Of a stretch of DNA of 59,317 bases, positions 43,792 to 54,306 are shown one piece after another; the stretch's first letter is position 1; each line of letters begins with the position of its first letter. The position numbers and the translations under genes were made by a program. Below the pieces are notes generated by a model. The model saw only the letters and a program-made list of their open reading frames with translations. It did not search any database and was not told where the DNA came from. The DNA comes from Streptosporangiales bacterium (GTDB lineage: Bacteria; Actinomycetota; Actinomycetes; Streptosporangiales; Streptosporangiaceae): NCBI GenBank assembly GCA_009784565.1, contig WRBL01000001.1, forward strand, positions 1 to 59,317, in the 5' to 3' direction.

Positions 43792-45864
43792 ATGGCGGGA
43801 CGCGGCGCACGGCGCGCGATGACAGCCCTGACGATGGCGGCGGTGTTCCTGACGGGATCCGCGGCGGTATCCGCGTCGGCTTCCAGCGCGAGCCCGGCCC
43901 GGCCGTCAGGTCCGGCTTCCGGGCCCGCCTCCAAGACGGTCAGCTACCGCGGATACCGCGTCACGGTGCCGTCCGCCTGGCCCGTCTACAACCTCGCCGC
44001 CGATCCCGCACGGTGCGTCCGCTTTAACACGCACGCCGTCTACCTGGGCACGCCGGGGGCGGACCAGAAGTGCCCGGCCCGGGCCTACGGCCGCACCGGG
44101 GCCCTGCTCATCCAGCCGTCGGGAACGGCCTCCGCGTCCGTCTCCGCCGCCGCTCCGGCGAAGGCGACCGCGGTCAGCCACGAACTCCACGCCAGCGGTC
44201 CGGGCGTCCGCGTCACCGCGACCTACGGCCGTGACCAGTCGCGGATCCGCTCCATCCTGGCCGGCGCGACCGCGGGCCCGGCCACGACCGCGGGCCCGGC
44301 CACGAGCGCGGCCCCGTCCGCGACGACGGCGCCCCCGGTGCCGTCGGCCCCGGACCTGGCCGGCGTACCCGGCTCCGGACTCGGCTTCGACGCCTGCACC
44401 GCGCCGTCCGAGGCCACCATGAAGTCCTGGCTCGCCTCCCCGTACCGGGTGATCGGCACCTATCTCGGCGGCGCCAACTGGGCCTGCGACTACGGGAACT
44501 TCACGCCGGGCTGGGTCCGTGACGTATCGGCGGAAGGATGGAGGTTCATTCCCATCTGGGTCGGCGAGCAGGCCCCGTGCTCGACGATCAGCGGAGCGGC
44601 CGACATCGACCCGTCCCGGGCCGCCGCCGAGGGATCCGCCGAAGCCGCCAGCGCCGTCTCCACCGCGCGGGCCTTCAGCTACGGCGACGGCACCACGATC
44701 TACTTCGACATGGAGGGCTTCAGCACCTCCGACCCGTCGTGCGGCCAGGCGGTGCTCACCTTCCTCAGCGCCTGGACCCAGGGACTGCACGCCGCCGGCT
44801 ACCAGTCCGGCGTCTACTCCAGCGCCGGATCCGGCATCAAGGACCTGGCCAGCGAGTACGGCGCGACCAGCTACGGCGGCTCCGCGTACACCAGCCCGGA
44901 CGCCGTCTGGATCGCCGACTGGGACGGAAACCCGGAACTGAACGGCGACCCGTACGTGCCCGACAGCGACTGGCCGGACGGCCAGCGCCTGCGCCAGTAC
45001 GCCGGAGCCCACGACGAGACGTGGGGCGGCGACACGGTCAACATTGACAGTGACGTGATCGGAGGCCCCGTCGCGGCGCTGCCCGGCGCGCACACCGACG
45101 CCGGCCCGTCCCGGCTGGAAGGCCCGGACGCCGTCACGACCGTGCCCGGCGGCACCACCAGCGTCGCGCTCGCGACGCGGGGCACGCCCGGGACCCCGGC
45201 CGACGGCACCTGGCAGGCCGCCCCGCCCGCCGGCCTCACCGTCACCCCGTCGGGCGGCCGGGTGAGCGGCGCGCCGGGAACCTCCTCCGGCATCAGCTTC
45301 ACGGTCACGGCGGACCAGAATCTGGCCCCCGGCCGTTACGAGGTCCCCGTGACGATCAGCGAGCACGGCAAGGCGGTCGCCGAGACCTTCGACCTGGTCA
45401 GCGTCACCGCATCCGGGACGTCGCTGCCGACGGCGCATCCGGTCGTCCTGTACGCGGCGGACCCCGGCAGCCTGGCCGAGGCCGAATCCGTCGCCCGGTC
45501 CCGTGCGCTGCCGTCCGGCGACGTGACCGGCAGCTTCGATCAGGCCTGGACCGACCTGGCCGACGGGAAGGACCTGGTCATCGCGGTCGGGGACGCCGCG
45601 GCCGACGGGCTGTACTACAACGCCTGCCACTGGGCGAGCCCGTCCGGATCGACCGGGAGCACGCCGTTCTACTACCTCGGGGCGCCCTACCGGCAGTCAC
45701 CGGGAGCCGACATCTACGAGCCCGCCAGCGGCCCGGACTCCGCCCTGCTCGCCGCGCAGCTGACCCACTACGCGCTGACCGGCTCGCTGCCTGACTACGG
45801 CCGCCCGCCGGCGCAGGTGCCGCGCCCGGTCAGCACCTGCCTCGGCGCCGCGACCGTCCCGTAA
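43792..45864 (+). CDS. Secreted DUF1906 (Rv2525c/GH25-like) protein with Ig-like and unknown C-terminal domains
   Basis: Signal peptide; GFDACTAPS, IGTYLGG, IPIWVG.QAPC, IYFDME, GVYSS, WIADW, RQYAG...NIDSD. Confidence 0.85.
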   Translation: MAGRGARRAMTALTMAAVFLTGSAAVSASASSASPARPSGPASGPASKTVSYRGYRVTVPSAWPVYNLAADPARCVRFNTHAVYLGTPGADQKCPARAYGRTGALLIQPSGTASASVSAAAPAKATAVSHELHASGPGVRVTATYGRDQSRIRSILAGATAGPATTAGPATSAAPSATTAPPVPSAPDLAGVPGSGLGFDACTAPSEATMKSWLASPYRVIGTYLGGANWACDYGNFTPGWVRDVSAEGWRFIPIWVGEQAPCSTISGAADIDPSRAAAEGSAEAASAVSTARAFSYGDGTTIYFDMEGFSTSDPSCGQAVLTFLSAWTQGLHAAGYQSGVYSSAGSGIKDLASEYGATSYGGSAYTSPDAVWIADWDGNPELNGDPYVPDSDWPDGQRLRQYAGAHDETWGGDTVNIDSDVIGGPVAALPGAHTDAGPSRLEGPDAVTTVPGGTTSVALATRGTPGTPADGTWQAAPPAGLTVTPSGGRVSGAPGTSSGISFTVTADQNLAPGRYEVPVTISEHGKAVAETFDLVSVTASGTSLPTAHPVVLYAADPGSLAEAESVARSRALPSGDVTGSFDQAWTDLADGKDLVIAVGDAAADGLYYNACHWASPSGSTGSTPFYYLGAPYRQSPGADIYEPASGPDSALLAAQLTHYALTGSLPDYGRPPAQVPRPVSTCLGAATVP

Positions 45865-45883
45865 AGGGCCCGGGGCAGCCCGC

Positions 45884-46885
45884 CTAGTTGGCGTGCAGGA
45901 CGGAGTTCAGCCCGGTCCAGGACTTCTCCGTGTCGGTCCGGGCGATGGCCTCCACCGCGCCGGTGCCGGAGTTGCGGCGCAGCAGCAGGCCGGAGGCGCC
46001 GGACAGGTCCAGGGCCTTGGCGGTGCCGCCCTCGGGGAGCGCGACCCGGGTGCCGGCGGTCACGTAGAGGCCGGCCTCCACGATGCAGTCATCGCCGAGG
46101 CTGATGCCGATGCCGGAGTTCGCGCCGAGCAGGCATCGCTCGCCGACCGAGATGACCTGCTTGCCGCCGCCGGACAGCGTGCCCATGATCGAGGCGCCGC
46201 CGCCGACGTCGCTGTGGGCGCCGACGACGACCCCGGCGCTGATCCGGCCCTCCACCATGGACGGCCCGAGCGTCCCGGCGTTGAAGTTCACGAAGCCCTC
46301 GTGCATGACGGTCGTGCCGTCGGCGAGGTGCGCCCCCAGCCGGACCCGGTCCGCGTCGCCGATGCGGACCCCGGAGGGAACGACGTAGTCCGTCATCCGG
46401 GGGAACTTGTCCACGCTGGTGACCGCGAAGTGGACGCCGGCGGCGCGGGCCCGCAGCCGCGCGGCGTTGATGTCGGCGGCGAGAACGGGCCCGATCGTGG
46501 TCCAGGCGATGTTCGCCAGCTTGCCGAACTGGCCGTCCAGGCTGATCGAGTGCGGCCGGACCAGCCGGTGGCTGAGCAGGTGCAGGCGCAGGTACACGTC
46601 GTGGGCGTCGGAGGGGGCCTCGCCCAGGTCCGTGATCGTGGTCCGGACCGCGACGACCTCCACGCCGCGCAGCGCGTCCGGTCCGGTGGCCTTCGCGGCC
46701 CCGGCGCCCAGTTCGCGCTCGGCCTCGGCGGCGTCCAGCCGTACCGTGCCCGCGGCGGCGCCGCCGGGGGCGGGGAGCAGTTCCGGCGCGGGGAACCACG
46801 TGTCCAGAACGGTTCCGTCGGCCTTGATGGTCGCGAATCCGACGCCCTGAGCGCCGGCTGGTGTCGTGGTGTCCTGAGAACTCAT
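45884..46885 (-). CDS. dapD: Tetrahydrodipicolinate N-succinyltransferase
   Basis: [67 protein letters not shown]. Confidence 0.97.
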   Translation of the reverse strand: MSSQDTTTPAGAQGVGFATIKADGTVLDTWFPAPELLPAPGGAAAGTVRLDAAEAERELGAGAAKATGPDALRGVEVVAVRTTITDLGEAPSDAHDVYLRLHLLSHRLVRPHSISLDGQFGKLANIAWTTIGPVLAADINAARLRARAAGVHFAVTSVDKFPRMTDYVVPSGVRIGDADRVRLGAHLADGTTVMHEGFVNFNAGTLGPSMVEGRISAGVVVGAHSDVGGGASIMGTLSGGGKQVISVGERCLLGANSGIGISLGDDCIVEAGLYVTAGTRVALPEGGTAKALDLSGASGLLLRRNSGTGAVEAIARTDTEKSWTGLNSVLHAN

Positions 46886-47046
46886 GGCGGCTACCATATC
46901 CGGCCCTCGAACCGCCGCCGGAACCCCGGCCTGGGTAACAGTTCATACTGTTACCGCCCGGAGACGGAGAATCTTCCCAAAGGTCAGCCAGCGGCGATAC
47001 CTTATGCGCGGGTGAGATATCCATAGACATTTTTGAGGGGAAAGTC

Positions 47047-48018
47047 ATGGAAGAAGGCGGTACGCGAACAGTGGATCCGGCACAGGAAGAGACGGAGACG
47101 TCCGCCAGGACCGGCTCCTGGTTCAGGAAGAGCGCGGCTGACCGGCCGCCGAGGTCCGCCGGGACGCGCCTGCTGCTGAGCCGGCTGCCGATCACGATCC
47201 TGGTCATCGCCTACGTGGTCGTGTTCCTGGTCCGCCAGCTTCCCGAGCTGGCCGGGGTCCGGGCGCTGACGCAGGTCTCCCGGCAGGCGTCGGTCCTGGT
47301 GTGGGCGTCCCTGCCCGGTACCGGCGGTGCCGGCGCCGCGGGATCCGCGAGCGTGCCCGTGGTGCTGGCCATCATCGGGGCCATCGTCCTGGCGCTGCTG
47401 GGCACCAAGCCGGCGGCCGACTGGCGGTTCATCCCCGAAGGCGTGCGCGGCTGGTTCGGCTGGCTGGCGGTGCCGGCCGCCGCGCTCGTGGTGATCGGGA
47501 TCGTCATGCGGGTCCTCACGGTGCTGGGCCAGACGTCGTGGTCGCCGGTCCCGTACGGGGGCGCGGCGTTCGGGCTCCTGGCCGCGGTGGCCGCCTTCTT
47601 CGCCATCCGGGAGATCGTGCTGGCCAGTCCGTCCGGTTCCGGCTCGGGCGGGCCGGACGATGGCGGTGCCTGGCGCGGCAAGGGCTGGTTCATCGCCATC
47701 GCCGTCACCTGGTTCGGCGACGTCGCCATCGGCCGTTACTTCGAGCCGCAGCTGATCGCCAAGGTCGCCGCCGCGGCCCCGTCCAAGCGGTGGGATTACC
47801 TGTTCCAGGGACCGTCCTGGTGGCTGTACCTGGTGGGAGTCCTGGTGGTTCTCGGCGTGTACGCGCTGGTGCAGCTCCTGCCGCCGTGGGACGGCGGTGC
47901 CCGGAAGCTCGTGATCGCCGTGGTCTGCGTCATCGTCGCGTTCGTCGCGATCCAGCAGGTGCTGCCGTACGCGCACACCGCGGCGGCGCACATCATCGCT
48001 CACGGCGCCAAGCACTAG
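47047..48018 (+). CDS. Multi-pass membrane hypothetical protein
   Basis: About 7 hydrophobic segments; purine-rich SD upstream. Confidence 0.75.
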   Translation: MEEGGTRTVDPAQEETETSARTGSWFRKSAADRPPRSAGTRLLLSRLPITILVIAYVVVFLVRQLPELAGVRALTQVSRQASVLVWASLPGTGGAGAAGSASVPVVLAIIGAIVLALLGTKPAADWRFIPEGVRGWFGWLAVPAAALVVIGIVMRVLTVLGQTSWSPVPYGGAAFGLLAAVAAFFAIREIVLASPSGSGSGGPDDGGAWRGKGWFIAIAVTWFGDVAIGRYFEPQLIAKVAAAAPSKRWDYLFQGPSWWLYLVGVLVVLGVYALVQLLPPWDGGARKLVIAVVCVIVAFVAIQQVLPYAHTAAAHIIAHGAKH

Positions 48019-48026
48019 CGGGCTGG

Positions 48027-49007
48027 TTACGTCCCGGGGATCGGTTCCGCGATCAGGAGCCGGTCCCCGGCGGACACCACCGGGTCCTCGCCGATCCCGA
48101 GGGTGAACTCGCCGGAATGGACGAGGCCGAGGACCAGGCCCGCGCCCCCGGCTCCCTCGGAACGGATCGCGCTCAGCGGCTTCCCGACGGCGGACTCGCC
48201 GGCCTCGATCTCGGCCAGCACCTCGCGGTTCCCGACGAGCTGGTAGATCATCTCGCCCGCGTGCGGGGTCTCCAGGCTCATGGCCAGGGTCCGGGCGACC
48301 AGTTCGCCGGCCGACCAGGTCTGCTGGACGCCGAGGTCGCGCAGGGCCTCCCGGACCGACGCCGAGCCGGCCAGGGCGGTGACGAGCAGGTCCGGAGCCG
48401 CCTTGCGCAGCAGCACGGCGGTCACCAGCACGTCCCCGTCGGTCTCGGCGGTGATCAGCGCCTGCTCGGCGTGCTCGGGCCGGGCCCTGCGGAGCGTGGC
48501 CTCCTCCGTCGGGTCGCCGCGCACCACGTGGACGCCGGACGGGACGGCGGCCGGGTCGACATCGGCCACCAGCACGACCGGGACGCCGGCCAGGGACAGC
48601 TCGTCGAGGATCGCGGGGACGCTCGCGCTCATCCCGATGACGAGACGGTAGGTGCCGTCGGGGAACTGGCTGTGCATGATGACCTTCCGTACTCCGGCGG
48701 CCGCGGCCGCCCCTGAGACCACCGCGAACGCCGCGGCGAGCATCGGGATCGTGGTGAACATGACGGCGGCGGCGATCAGCCGGCCAGCGGGCGTCTGCGG
48801 CGTGACGTCGCCGTAGCCGACCGTCGTTGCCGTGGTGACGGCCCAGTACAGCCCGGTGGTGAACGGAAGCCTCTCGGCCATCGAGAACAGCTTGGCCCCG
48901 ATGACGATGACCGCCAGCACCGAGAACAGCAGCCCGCTGACGTGTTTCTGGTAGGGGAGTTTGATAACCCGTCTGAGAAGCGCGAACACAGTGCCTAATA
49001 GTGTCAT
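48027..49007 (-). CDS. Two-TM potassium channel with RCK (TrkA-N/C) domains
   Basis: Selectivity filter TATTVGYGD, VRGDPT. Confidence 0.92.
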   Translation of the reverse strand: MTLLGTVFALLRRVIKLPYQKHVSGLLFSVLAVIVIGAKLFSMAERLPFTTGLYWAVTTATTVGYGDVTPQTPAGRLIAAAVMFTTIPMLAAAFAVVSGAAAAAGVRKVIMHSQFPDGTYRLVIGMSASVPAILDELSLAGVPVVLVADVDPAAVPSGVHVVRGDPTEEATLRRARPEHAEQALITAETDGDVLVTAVLLRKAAPDLLVTALAGSASVREALRDLGVQQTWSAGELVARTLAMSLETPHAGEMIYQLVGNREVLAEIEAGESAVGKPLSAIRSEGAGGAGLVLGLVHSGEFTLGIGEDPVVSAGDRLLIAEPIPGT

Positions 49008-49083
49008 AATCCAACAGAGGGCGACCGCCGTCACGTCCGCCTCGCTAGCCGACGGCCGCCCCTGCTGGTGCCTGACGGCAGGC

Positions 49084-49929
49084 CTACCCCTTGACCGAGC
49101 CCGCGGTGAGCCCGGACACGACGCTGCGGCGGAAGATCAGCACCAGGACCGCGATCGGCACCACGGCCACGACGCTGGCCGCGAAAATCGTCCCGTACGG
49201 GACCACGAACTGGGCCCCGAACAGCGCGACGCCGACCGGGATGGTCCGGTAGCCGTTGACGATGTTGAACGACAGCGCCATCAGGAACTCGGTCCAGCAC
49301 GCGGTGAAGGTGAAGATCCCGGCGGTGAACAGCCCGGGCCAGGCCTGGGGGAGGATGACCGACCAGATGGTGCGCAGCGGGGACGCGCCGTCTATCCGGG
49401 CGCTCTCCTCCATCTCCCGGGGGATGCCCAGGAAGTAGTTCCGCAGGATCCAGATCGCGAACGGCATGAAGAACGCGGTGTAGGGGATGATCAGCGCCTG
49501 GTAGCTGTTCAGCCAGCCGATGTCCCGCAGCAGCGCGTACAGCGGCACCACCACGGCGATCTCCGGGAACACCGAGATCATCAGCAGGGACATCAGCACG
49601 GCGAGCCGGCCCCGCATGGGGGTCCGCCCCAGGGCGTACCCGGCCAGGGTGCCGAAGACCAGGATGAGGACGGTCGCCGACACTGCGACGATGACCGAGT
49701 TGACGATGTACTGGCCGAACGTGAACTGGCTGAACGCGATGGAGAAGTTCTTCGTCGACAGATGGTGGGGGAAGTACTGGGGCGGTGACGCCCCGACGCC
49801 CTCCGGGGTCTTGAACGCCGCCGAGATCATCCAGTACAGCGGCAGCGCGATAAACAGGAAAACGAGCAGGGCGGCGACGTTGACGCCGTTGACTGCCCGG
49901 CGCCAGCCGCGGCGCGAGGAGTGTCGCAT
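49084..49929 (-). CDS. Carbohydrate ABC permease (SugB/MalG-like)
   Basis: LPLYWMI..AFK, IPREMEESARIDGAS. Confidence 0.93.
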   Translation of the reverse strand: MRHSSRRGWRRAVNGVNVAALLVFLFIALPLYWMISAAFKTPEGVGASPPQYFPHHLSTKNFSIAFSQFTFGQYIVNSVIVAVSATVLILVFGTLAGYALGRTPMRGRLAVLMSLLMISVFPEIAVVVPLYALLRDIGWLNSYQALIIPYTAFFMPFAIWILRNYFLGIPREMEESARIDGASPLRTIWSVILPQAWPGLFTAGIFTFTACWTEFLMALSFNIVNGYRTIPVGVALFGAQFVVPYGTIFAASVVAVVPIAVLVLIFRRSVVSGLTAGSVKG

Positions 49930-50837
49930 CAGGATTCCTCCGTTCCGGCCTGGGCGCGGAACACCTTCAGGAACACCAGGCAGCCGATGACGACGAGTAG
50001 CGCGGTGCTGGTGGCCACCGCCGCGCCGGGACCGAAGTCGAGGTCCCGGAACATCGCGTTGTAGGCGAGGATCGCCAGGGACTGGGTGCTGTCGCCGGGC
50101 CCGCCGTTGGTGAGCACGAACGGCAGGTCGAACAGGCCGAACGCCTGCAGCACCCGGAACAGCACGGCCAGCGCGATCGTCGGCCGGAGCTGGGGGAACG
50201 TGATCTTCCAGAAGATGGTCCAGCCGCCCGCGCCGTCCACGGCGGCGGCCTCGTAGTAGTCGCGCGGGATCATGACCAGGCCGGCCAGCACGATGATCAC
50301 CACGAACGGGGTGGTCTTCCAGACGTCGGCCCCCATCAGCGCCATGATCGCGGGAACCTTCGTGCCCAGGATCACGGGGGCGCCCAGCCCGAGGCGGGAG
50401 AAGATGTCGTCCAGCACCCCGTAGGTCGGGTTGTAGATGTAGCCCCACAGCTGGGCGTTGATGACGGTGATCATGGACCAGGGGATGAGCATCAGCGCCA
50501 TCATCCAGCCGCGGGCCCAGGTGAGCCGCTCCAGCACCAGCGCGATGGCGGTGCCGAGTGCCACCTCGATCGCCACGGTGACCACCGTGTAGAGAACGGT
50601 GAAGAACAGCGCGTACCGCCACTGCGGGGCGTTGAACATGATCGAGTAGTTATTGCCGGTGAGCCCGTTCAGGCTGAAGCCGGATCCGGTCGCGGAGACG
50701 TTGGAGACGCTCATCGCGATCGCGTAGCAGATCGGGAAGATGGTGACCGCCGCGATCACGGTCAAGGCCGGCGCCGACAGAGCCCACCCGAGGCGGGCCT
50801 GCCGGCGCCGGAACGCGTCATGAGATGACGAGGCCAT
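49929..50837 (-). CDS. Carbohydrate ABC permease (SugA/MalF-like)
   Basis: ADVWKTTPF, YEAAAVDGAG, FDLPFVLTNGGPG. Confidence 0.93.
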   Translation of the reverse strand: MASSSHDAFRRRQARLGWALSAPALTVIAAVTIFPICYAIAMSVSNVSATGSGFSLNGLTGNNYSIMFNAPQWRYALFFTVLYTVVTVAIEVALGTAIALVLERLTWARGWMMALMLIPWSMITVINAQLWGYIYNPTYGVLDDIFSRLGLGAPVILGTKVPAIMALMGADVWKTTPFVVIIVLAGLVMIPRDYYEAAAVDGAGGWTIFWKITFPQLRPTIALAVLFRVLQAFGLFDLPFVLTNGGPGDSTQSLAILAYNAMFRDLDFGPGAAVATSTALLVVIGCLVFLKVFRAQAGTEES

Positions 50838-50852
50838 GGTCAGACGAGAGTC

Positions 50853-52214
50853 CTACAGTCCGGAACCGGAACTCGAGACGGCCGAGTTGATCGCGCTCGA
50901 CGCGCTGGACAGGGCCGGACCGGGCTGCGCGGACCCGGTGAGGGCCGAGTTCACGTTGGTGTAGATGGCCTGGCTCACCTTGGCGTACTGCGGCGTCCCG
51001 GCGGGCCGGGGGATGAGCCGGGTCTTCGCCGCGGCGGCCAGCACCGGGTTGCTGGAGACCACGCCGGAGGAGGTGCGCACCGACTGGAGGGTCGGGATCT
51101 CGGAGAACTGGGTGGCGAGGGTCTTCTCCGCGGTCGCGCCGGTCATCCACTTGATGAACGTGAGGTCGGCGGCGACGTGCTTGCTGTGCGGGTTGATGTA
51201 GAGGTTCCAGCCGCCGATGGTCGAGGTGCCGGGGCTGGTGCCGCCCGCGAACCCGGGCAGCGGGGCCACGCCGACCTTGCCGACGACCTTTGACGGGGAC
51301 GACGCGGTGTTGGCGTAGCTGTAGCCGTAGTCCCAGTTCCGCAGGAACGCCGACTGGCCGCTGGCGAAGGCCGACATCGCCTGCGGCTCCTGCATGGTGG
51401 TGACCGCCTTCGGCGAGGCGCCGGAGGTGATCAGCGACTGCATGAAGGACAGGGCCTTCTTCCCGGCCGCGGAGTTGAGCGTCGAGCCGTTCATCCCGGA
51501 GTTGAGGACGGTGCCGCCGGCCGAGCCCAGGTACTCCATGAAGTCACAGGTCAGGCCCTCGTAGGAGTCGCCCTCCCAGACGTAGCCGTACTTGGCGTCC
51601 TTCTTCTTCGTCAGGGTGGAGGCCTCCGACTCCAGTTGCTGCCAGGTCGTCGGAACCTTCATGTGCTCCTTGGCCAGCAGGTCCTTGCGGTAGTAGAGGA
51701 AACCCTCGTCCTCGAAGAACGGGGCGCCGTAGACCTGGCCGTTATAGGTGGCGCCCTGGGCCAGCCCGGGCGCGAACTGCGAGAAGTAGGACTTCGGCAG
51801 GTACTTCGACAGCGGTGCCGCGAGTCCCGCCTTGCCGAACTGCCCGGGCCAGATCACGTCGCCCATGTAGACGTCCGGGGAGGTGGCGCCGCCGGAGATC
51901 GTGGTGATGAGGCTGGACCGGTTGGTGTCGGTGTCGGTCGGGGCGGACTGCAGGTTGACGTGGATCTTGGGGTAGGCCTTCTCGAACTTCTTGATCAGCA
52001 CCGTGCGGGGGTCGGAACCCGAGGTGGTGATCGGGCTGGCCCACCAGGTGATGGTTCCGCTGGTAGCCGAGCCGCTGACGGCCGGGGCACTGGAGGTGCC
52101 GGACCCGGACGAGGAGGACCCTCCGCACGCGGTGGCGGCGAGCAGGACGGCCGAGGCGGCGGCTGTGGCCATCGCCAGTCGGCGTCCGTGCTTCCTCGGG
52201 GGAACTAGGGGCAT
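50853..52214 (-). CDS. Sugar ABC substrate-binding lipoprotein (trehalose/maltose-like)
   Basis: Lipobox ATAC; DVIW, LYYRKDLL, YEGLTC, FLRNW, GGWNL. Confidence 0.9.
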   Translation of the reverse strand: MPLVPPRKHGRRLAMATAAASAVLLAATACGGSSSSGSGTSSAPAVSGSATSGTITWWASPITTSGSDPRTVLIKKFEKAYPKIHVNLQSAPTDTDTNRSSLITTISGGATSPDVYMGDVIWPGQFGKAGLAAPLSKYLPKSYFSQFAPGLAQGATYNGQVYGAPFFEDEGFLYYRKDLLAKEHMKVPTTWQQLESEASTLTKKKDAKYGYVWEGDSYEGLTCDFMEYLGSAGGTVLNSGMNGSTLNSAAGKKALSFMQSLITSGASPKAVTTMQEPQAMSAFASGQSAFLRNWDYGYSYANTASSPSKVVGKVGVAPLPGFAGGTSPGTSTIGGWNLYINPHSKHVAADLTFIKWMTGATAEKTLATQFSEIPTLQSVRTSSGVVSSNPVLAAAAKTRLIPRPAGTPQYAKVSQAIYTNVNSALTGSAQPGPALSSASSAINSAVSSSGSGL

Positions 52215-52347
52215 CGCGTTCTCACCTGTTTCACGACTGCGCTGTCATGTCATCGGTCCCGCCTGGAACCGGATTACAGGGTGATGGCCCGATATTCCCG
52301 CGGTCAATCCTTTGTTACCCGAATGAGGAATAGACGAGGCTTGACCG

Positions 52348-53400
52348 TTATGTAGGAAGTTCAGAGGGATTTCCTGCCCGCCGGAGATCGGGCTGCCCGG
52401 CGATATCCGCGAGCAGGCTTTTCTTCGCGTGCTCGTCGAGGAACGAGGCGCGGACCGCGTTCGCGGACAGGGCCGTGAGCTGGGAACGGGACAGGCCGAG
52501 CACCCGGACCGCCGCCAGGTACTCCTCGGTCAGGCTGGTGCCGAACATCGGCGGGTCGTCGCTGTTCAGCGTCACGTTCAGTCCGGCCTCGATCATGCGC
52601 GGCAGCGGATGCTCCGCCAGCGCCGCCACCTGGCGGGTGCAGACGTTGGAGGTAGGGGAGACGTCGACGGGCAGCTGGCGCTCGGCCAGGAAGGCCACGA
52701 GCCGGGGGTCGTCCATGGCCCGGATGCCGTGCCCGATCCGCTCGGCGTGCAGGTGCTCGATCGCCTCCCACACCGATTCGGGCCCGGTCGTCTCGCCCGC
52801 GTGCGGCACGCGGTGCAGCCCCGCCGCGGCGGCCGCCCCGAACACGTCCCGGATCACGTCGCGGTACGGGGCCCGGCCCTCCTCGATGCCCCCGATTCCC
52901 AGGCCGACCAGCCCCTCGGGCGGGTCCTCCAGCGCGTGGGCCAGGACGTCGCGGGCGGTCAGGCCGGCCCGCTGCCCGGGGAAGTCGAAGATGTACCCGA
53001 CGCGCAGGCCGTGCTCGGCCAGCGCCTCGCGGGCGACGATGTCGAGCGTCTCGGTGACGGCGGCGCGCGGGATGCCGTTGGCGGTGAGCCCGTGCGGCCA
53101 GTCCTGGAACTCCACGTACCGGACGTTCTGCGCGGCCAGATTGCGGATGACGCCGCGGATGAGCGCGGCCAGGTCCTCCTGCTCCCGGATCAGCAGCCGG
53201 ACCGCCGTGTACACGTCGATGAAGTGAGGGAAGTCGCGGAACGCGTAGAAATCGCGCAGTCCCCCGGCGGTACGGGGCACCCCGCTGTCCGGGTACTTCC
53301 GCGCCAGTTCCAGCACGGTGTCCGCCGACGCCGAACCGATCATGTGAACGTGAAGTTCTACCTTCGGCAGCCGCGCGACAAACGCCTCAAGCTCCTCCAT
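52348..53400 (-). CDS. add: Adenosine/adenine deaminase family protein
   Basis: LPKVELHVH, PHAGE, RIGHG, PTSN, NSDDPPMF. Confidence 0.9.
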   Translation of the reverse strand: MEELEAFVARLPKVELHVHMIGSASADTVLELARKYPDSGVPRTAGGLRDFYAFRDFPHFIDVYTAVRLLIREQEDLAALIRGVIRNLAAQNVRYVEFQDWPHGLTANGIPRAAVTETLDIVAREALAEHGLRVGYIFDFPGQRAGLTARDVLAHALEDPPEGLVGLGIGGIEEGRAPYRDVIRDVFGAAAAAGLHRVPHAGETTGPESVWEAIEHLHAERIGHGIRAMDDPRLVAFLAERQLPVDVSPTSNVCTRQVAALAEHPLPRMIEAGLNVTLNSDDPPMFGTSLTEEYLAAVRVLGLSRSQLTALSANAVRASFLDEHAKKSLLADIAGQPDLRRAGNPSELPT

Positions 53401-53462
53401 GCCGGAAACGCTAGCAGCGAAGCGCCGGATTGCCCCCGTTCCTGACACGGGGCTGTCAGGTT

Positions 53463-54032
53463 CTACTTCTTCTTGGCGGCGGCCTTCAGGGACTGCTTGT
53501 AGGAGCGGACCCGGCCCAGGGATTCCTCGTCCGTGATGTCGGCGACGGACATGAACGAGCCGTCATCCCCGTACGCCCCAGCGGCCTCCCGCCACCCGGA
53601 CGGCTGGACGGCCATCCGCTTCCCCAGCAGCGCCACGAAGATCTTCGCCTTCTGCTCGCCGAACCCGGGCAGCGCCGACACCCGCTTGAGCAGTTCGGGA
53701 CCCGAGGACGCCGTTGACCACAGTGCCGAGGCGTCCCCGTCGTAGGACGCGACCAGGGCCTGGCACAGGGCCTGCGTCCGCGCGGCCATCGCCTTGGGGA
53801 ACCGGTGCAGGGCCGGCTTCTCGCCGAACACCGCCACCAGGCGCTCCGGGTCGAACGACGCGAGTTCCTCGGCCGTGGGCTCGTGCCCGAGCCGCCTCAC
53901 CAGTTCGGCCGGGGCGGCGAACGCGCGCTCCAGCGGAATCTGCTGATCGAGTAGCATCGCGATAAGGAGGGCAAGCGCGTTCCGGCTCAGAAGCTCGTTG
54001 GCGTCGTCGTCAACCGGCAGGGAGATCGGCAC
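53463..54032 (-). CDS. HhH-GPD-type base excision repair protein
   Basis: LLIAMLLDQQ, PALHRFP, LPGFGEQKAKIFVALLGK, SVADI; SD AGGAGG. Confidence 0.9.
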   Translation of the reverse strand: MPISLPVDDDANELLSRNALALLIAMLLDQQIPLERAFAAPAELVRRLGHEPTAEELASFDPERLVAVFGEKPALHRFPKAMAARTQALCQALVASYDGDASALWSTASSGPELLKRVSALPGFGEQKAKIFVALLGKRMAVQPSGWREAAGAYGDDGSFMSVADITDEESLGRVRSYKQSLKAAAKKK

Positions 54033-54109
54033 GTCTTTCCTCCTGAGGGATAACCTGATATCGGGACAGCCTAGCCAAGCCACCCTAGCTAGCACCGGAT
54101 GGAGTCATC

Positions 54110-54304
54110 ATGACACCGCACATGAAGTGGTCGATCGCGGGGATCGTCATCGGGCTGCTTCTGCTCATAGTCTTCCCGTGGTGGGTGACGGCCGGCGTGG
54201 TCGTCCTGGCCATCGCGATTCCGGCCGCCGGCTGGATGGCGCTCGACCCCTCGCAGCGCCGCCGGTACAAGGAGATCCGGCGGCGCCGCTCGCTCGGGGG
54301 ATAA
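54110..54304 (+). CDS. Small two-TM membrane protein
   Basis: SD GGAG; hydrophobic core, LDPSQRRR basic tail. Confidence 0.75.
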   Translation: MTPHMKWSIAGIVIGLLLLIVFPWWVTAGVVVLAIAIPAAGWMALDPSQRRRYKEIRRRRSLGG

Positions 54305-54306
54305 CG

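Noticed and set aside
49084-52214. Sugar ABC operon lacking an ATPase as an anomaly
   Set aside because: Normal in actinomycetes, which share an MsiK-type ATPase
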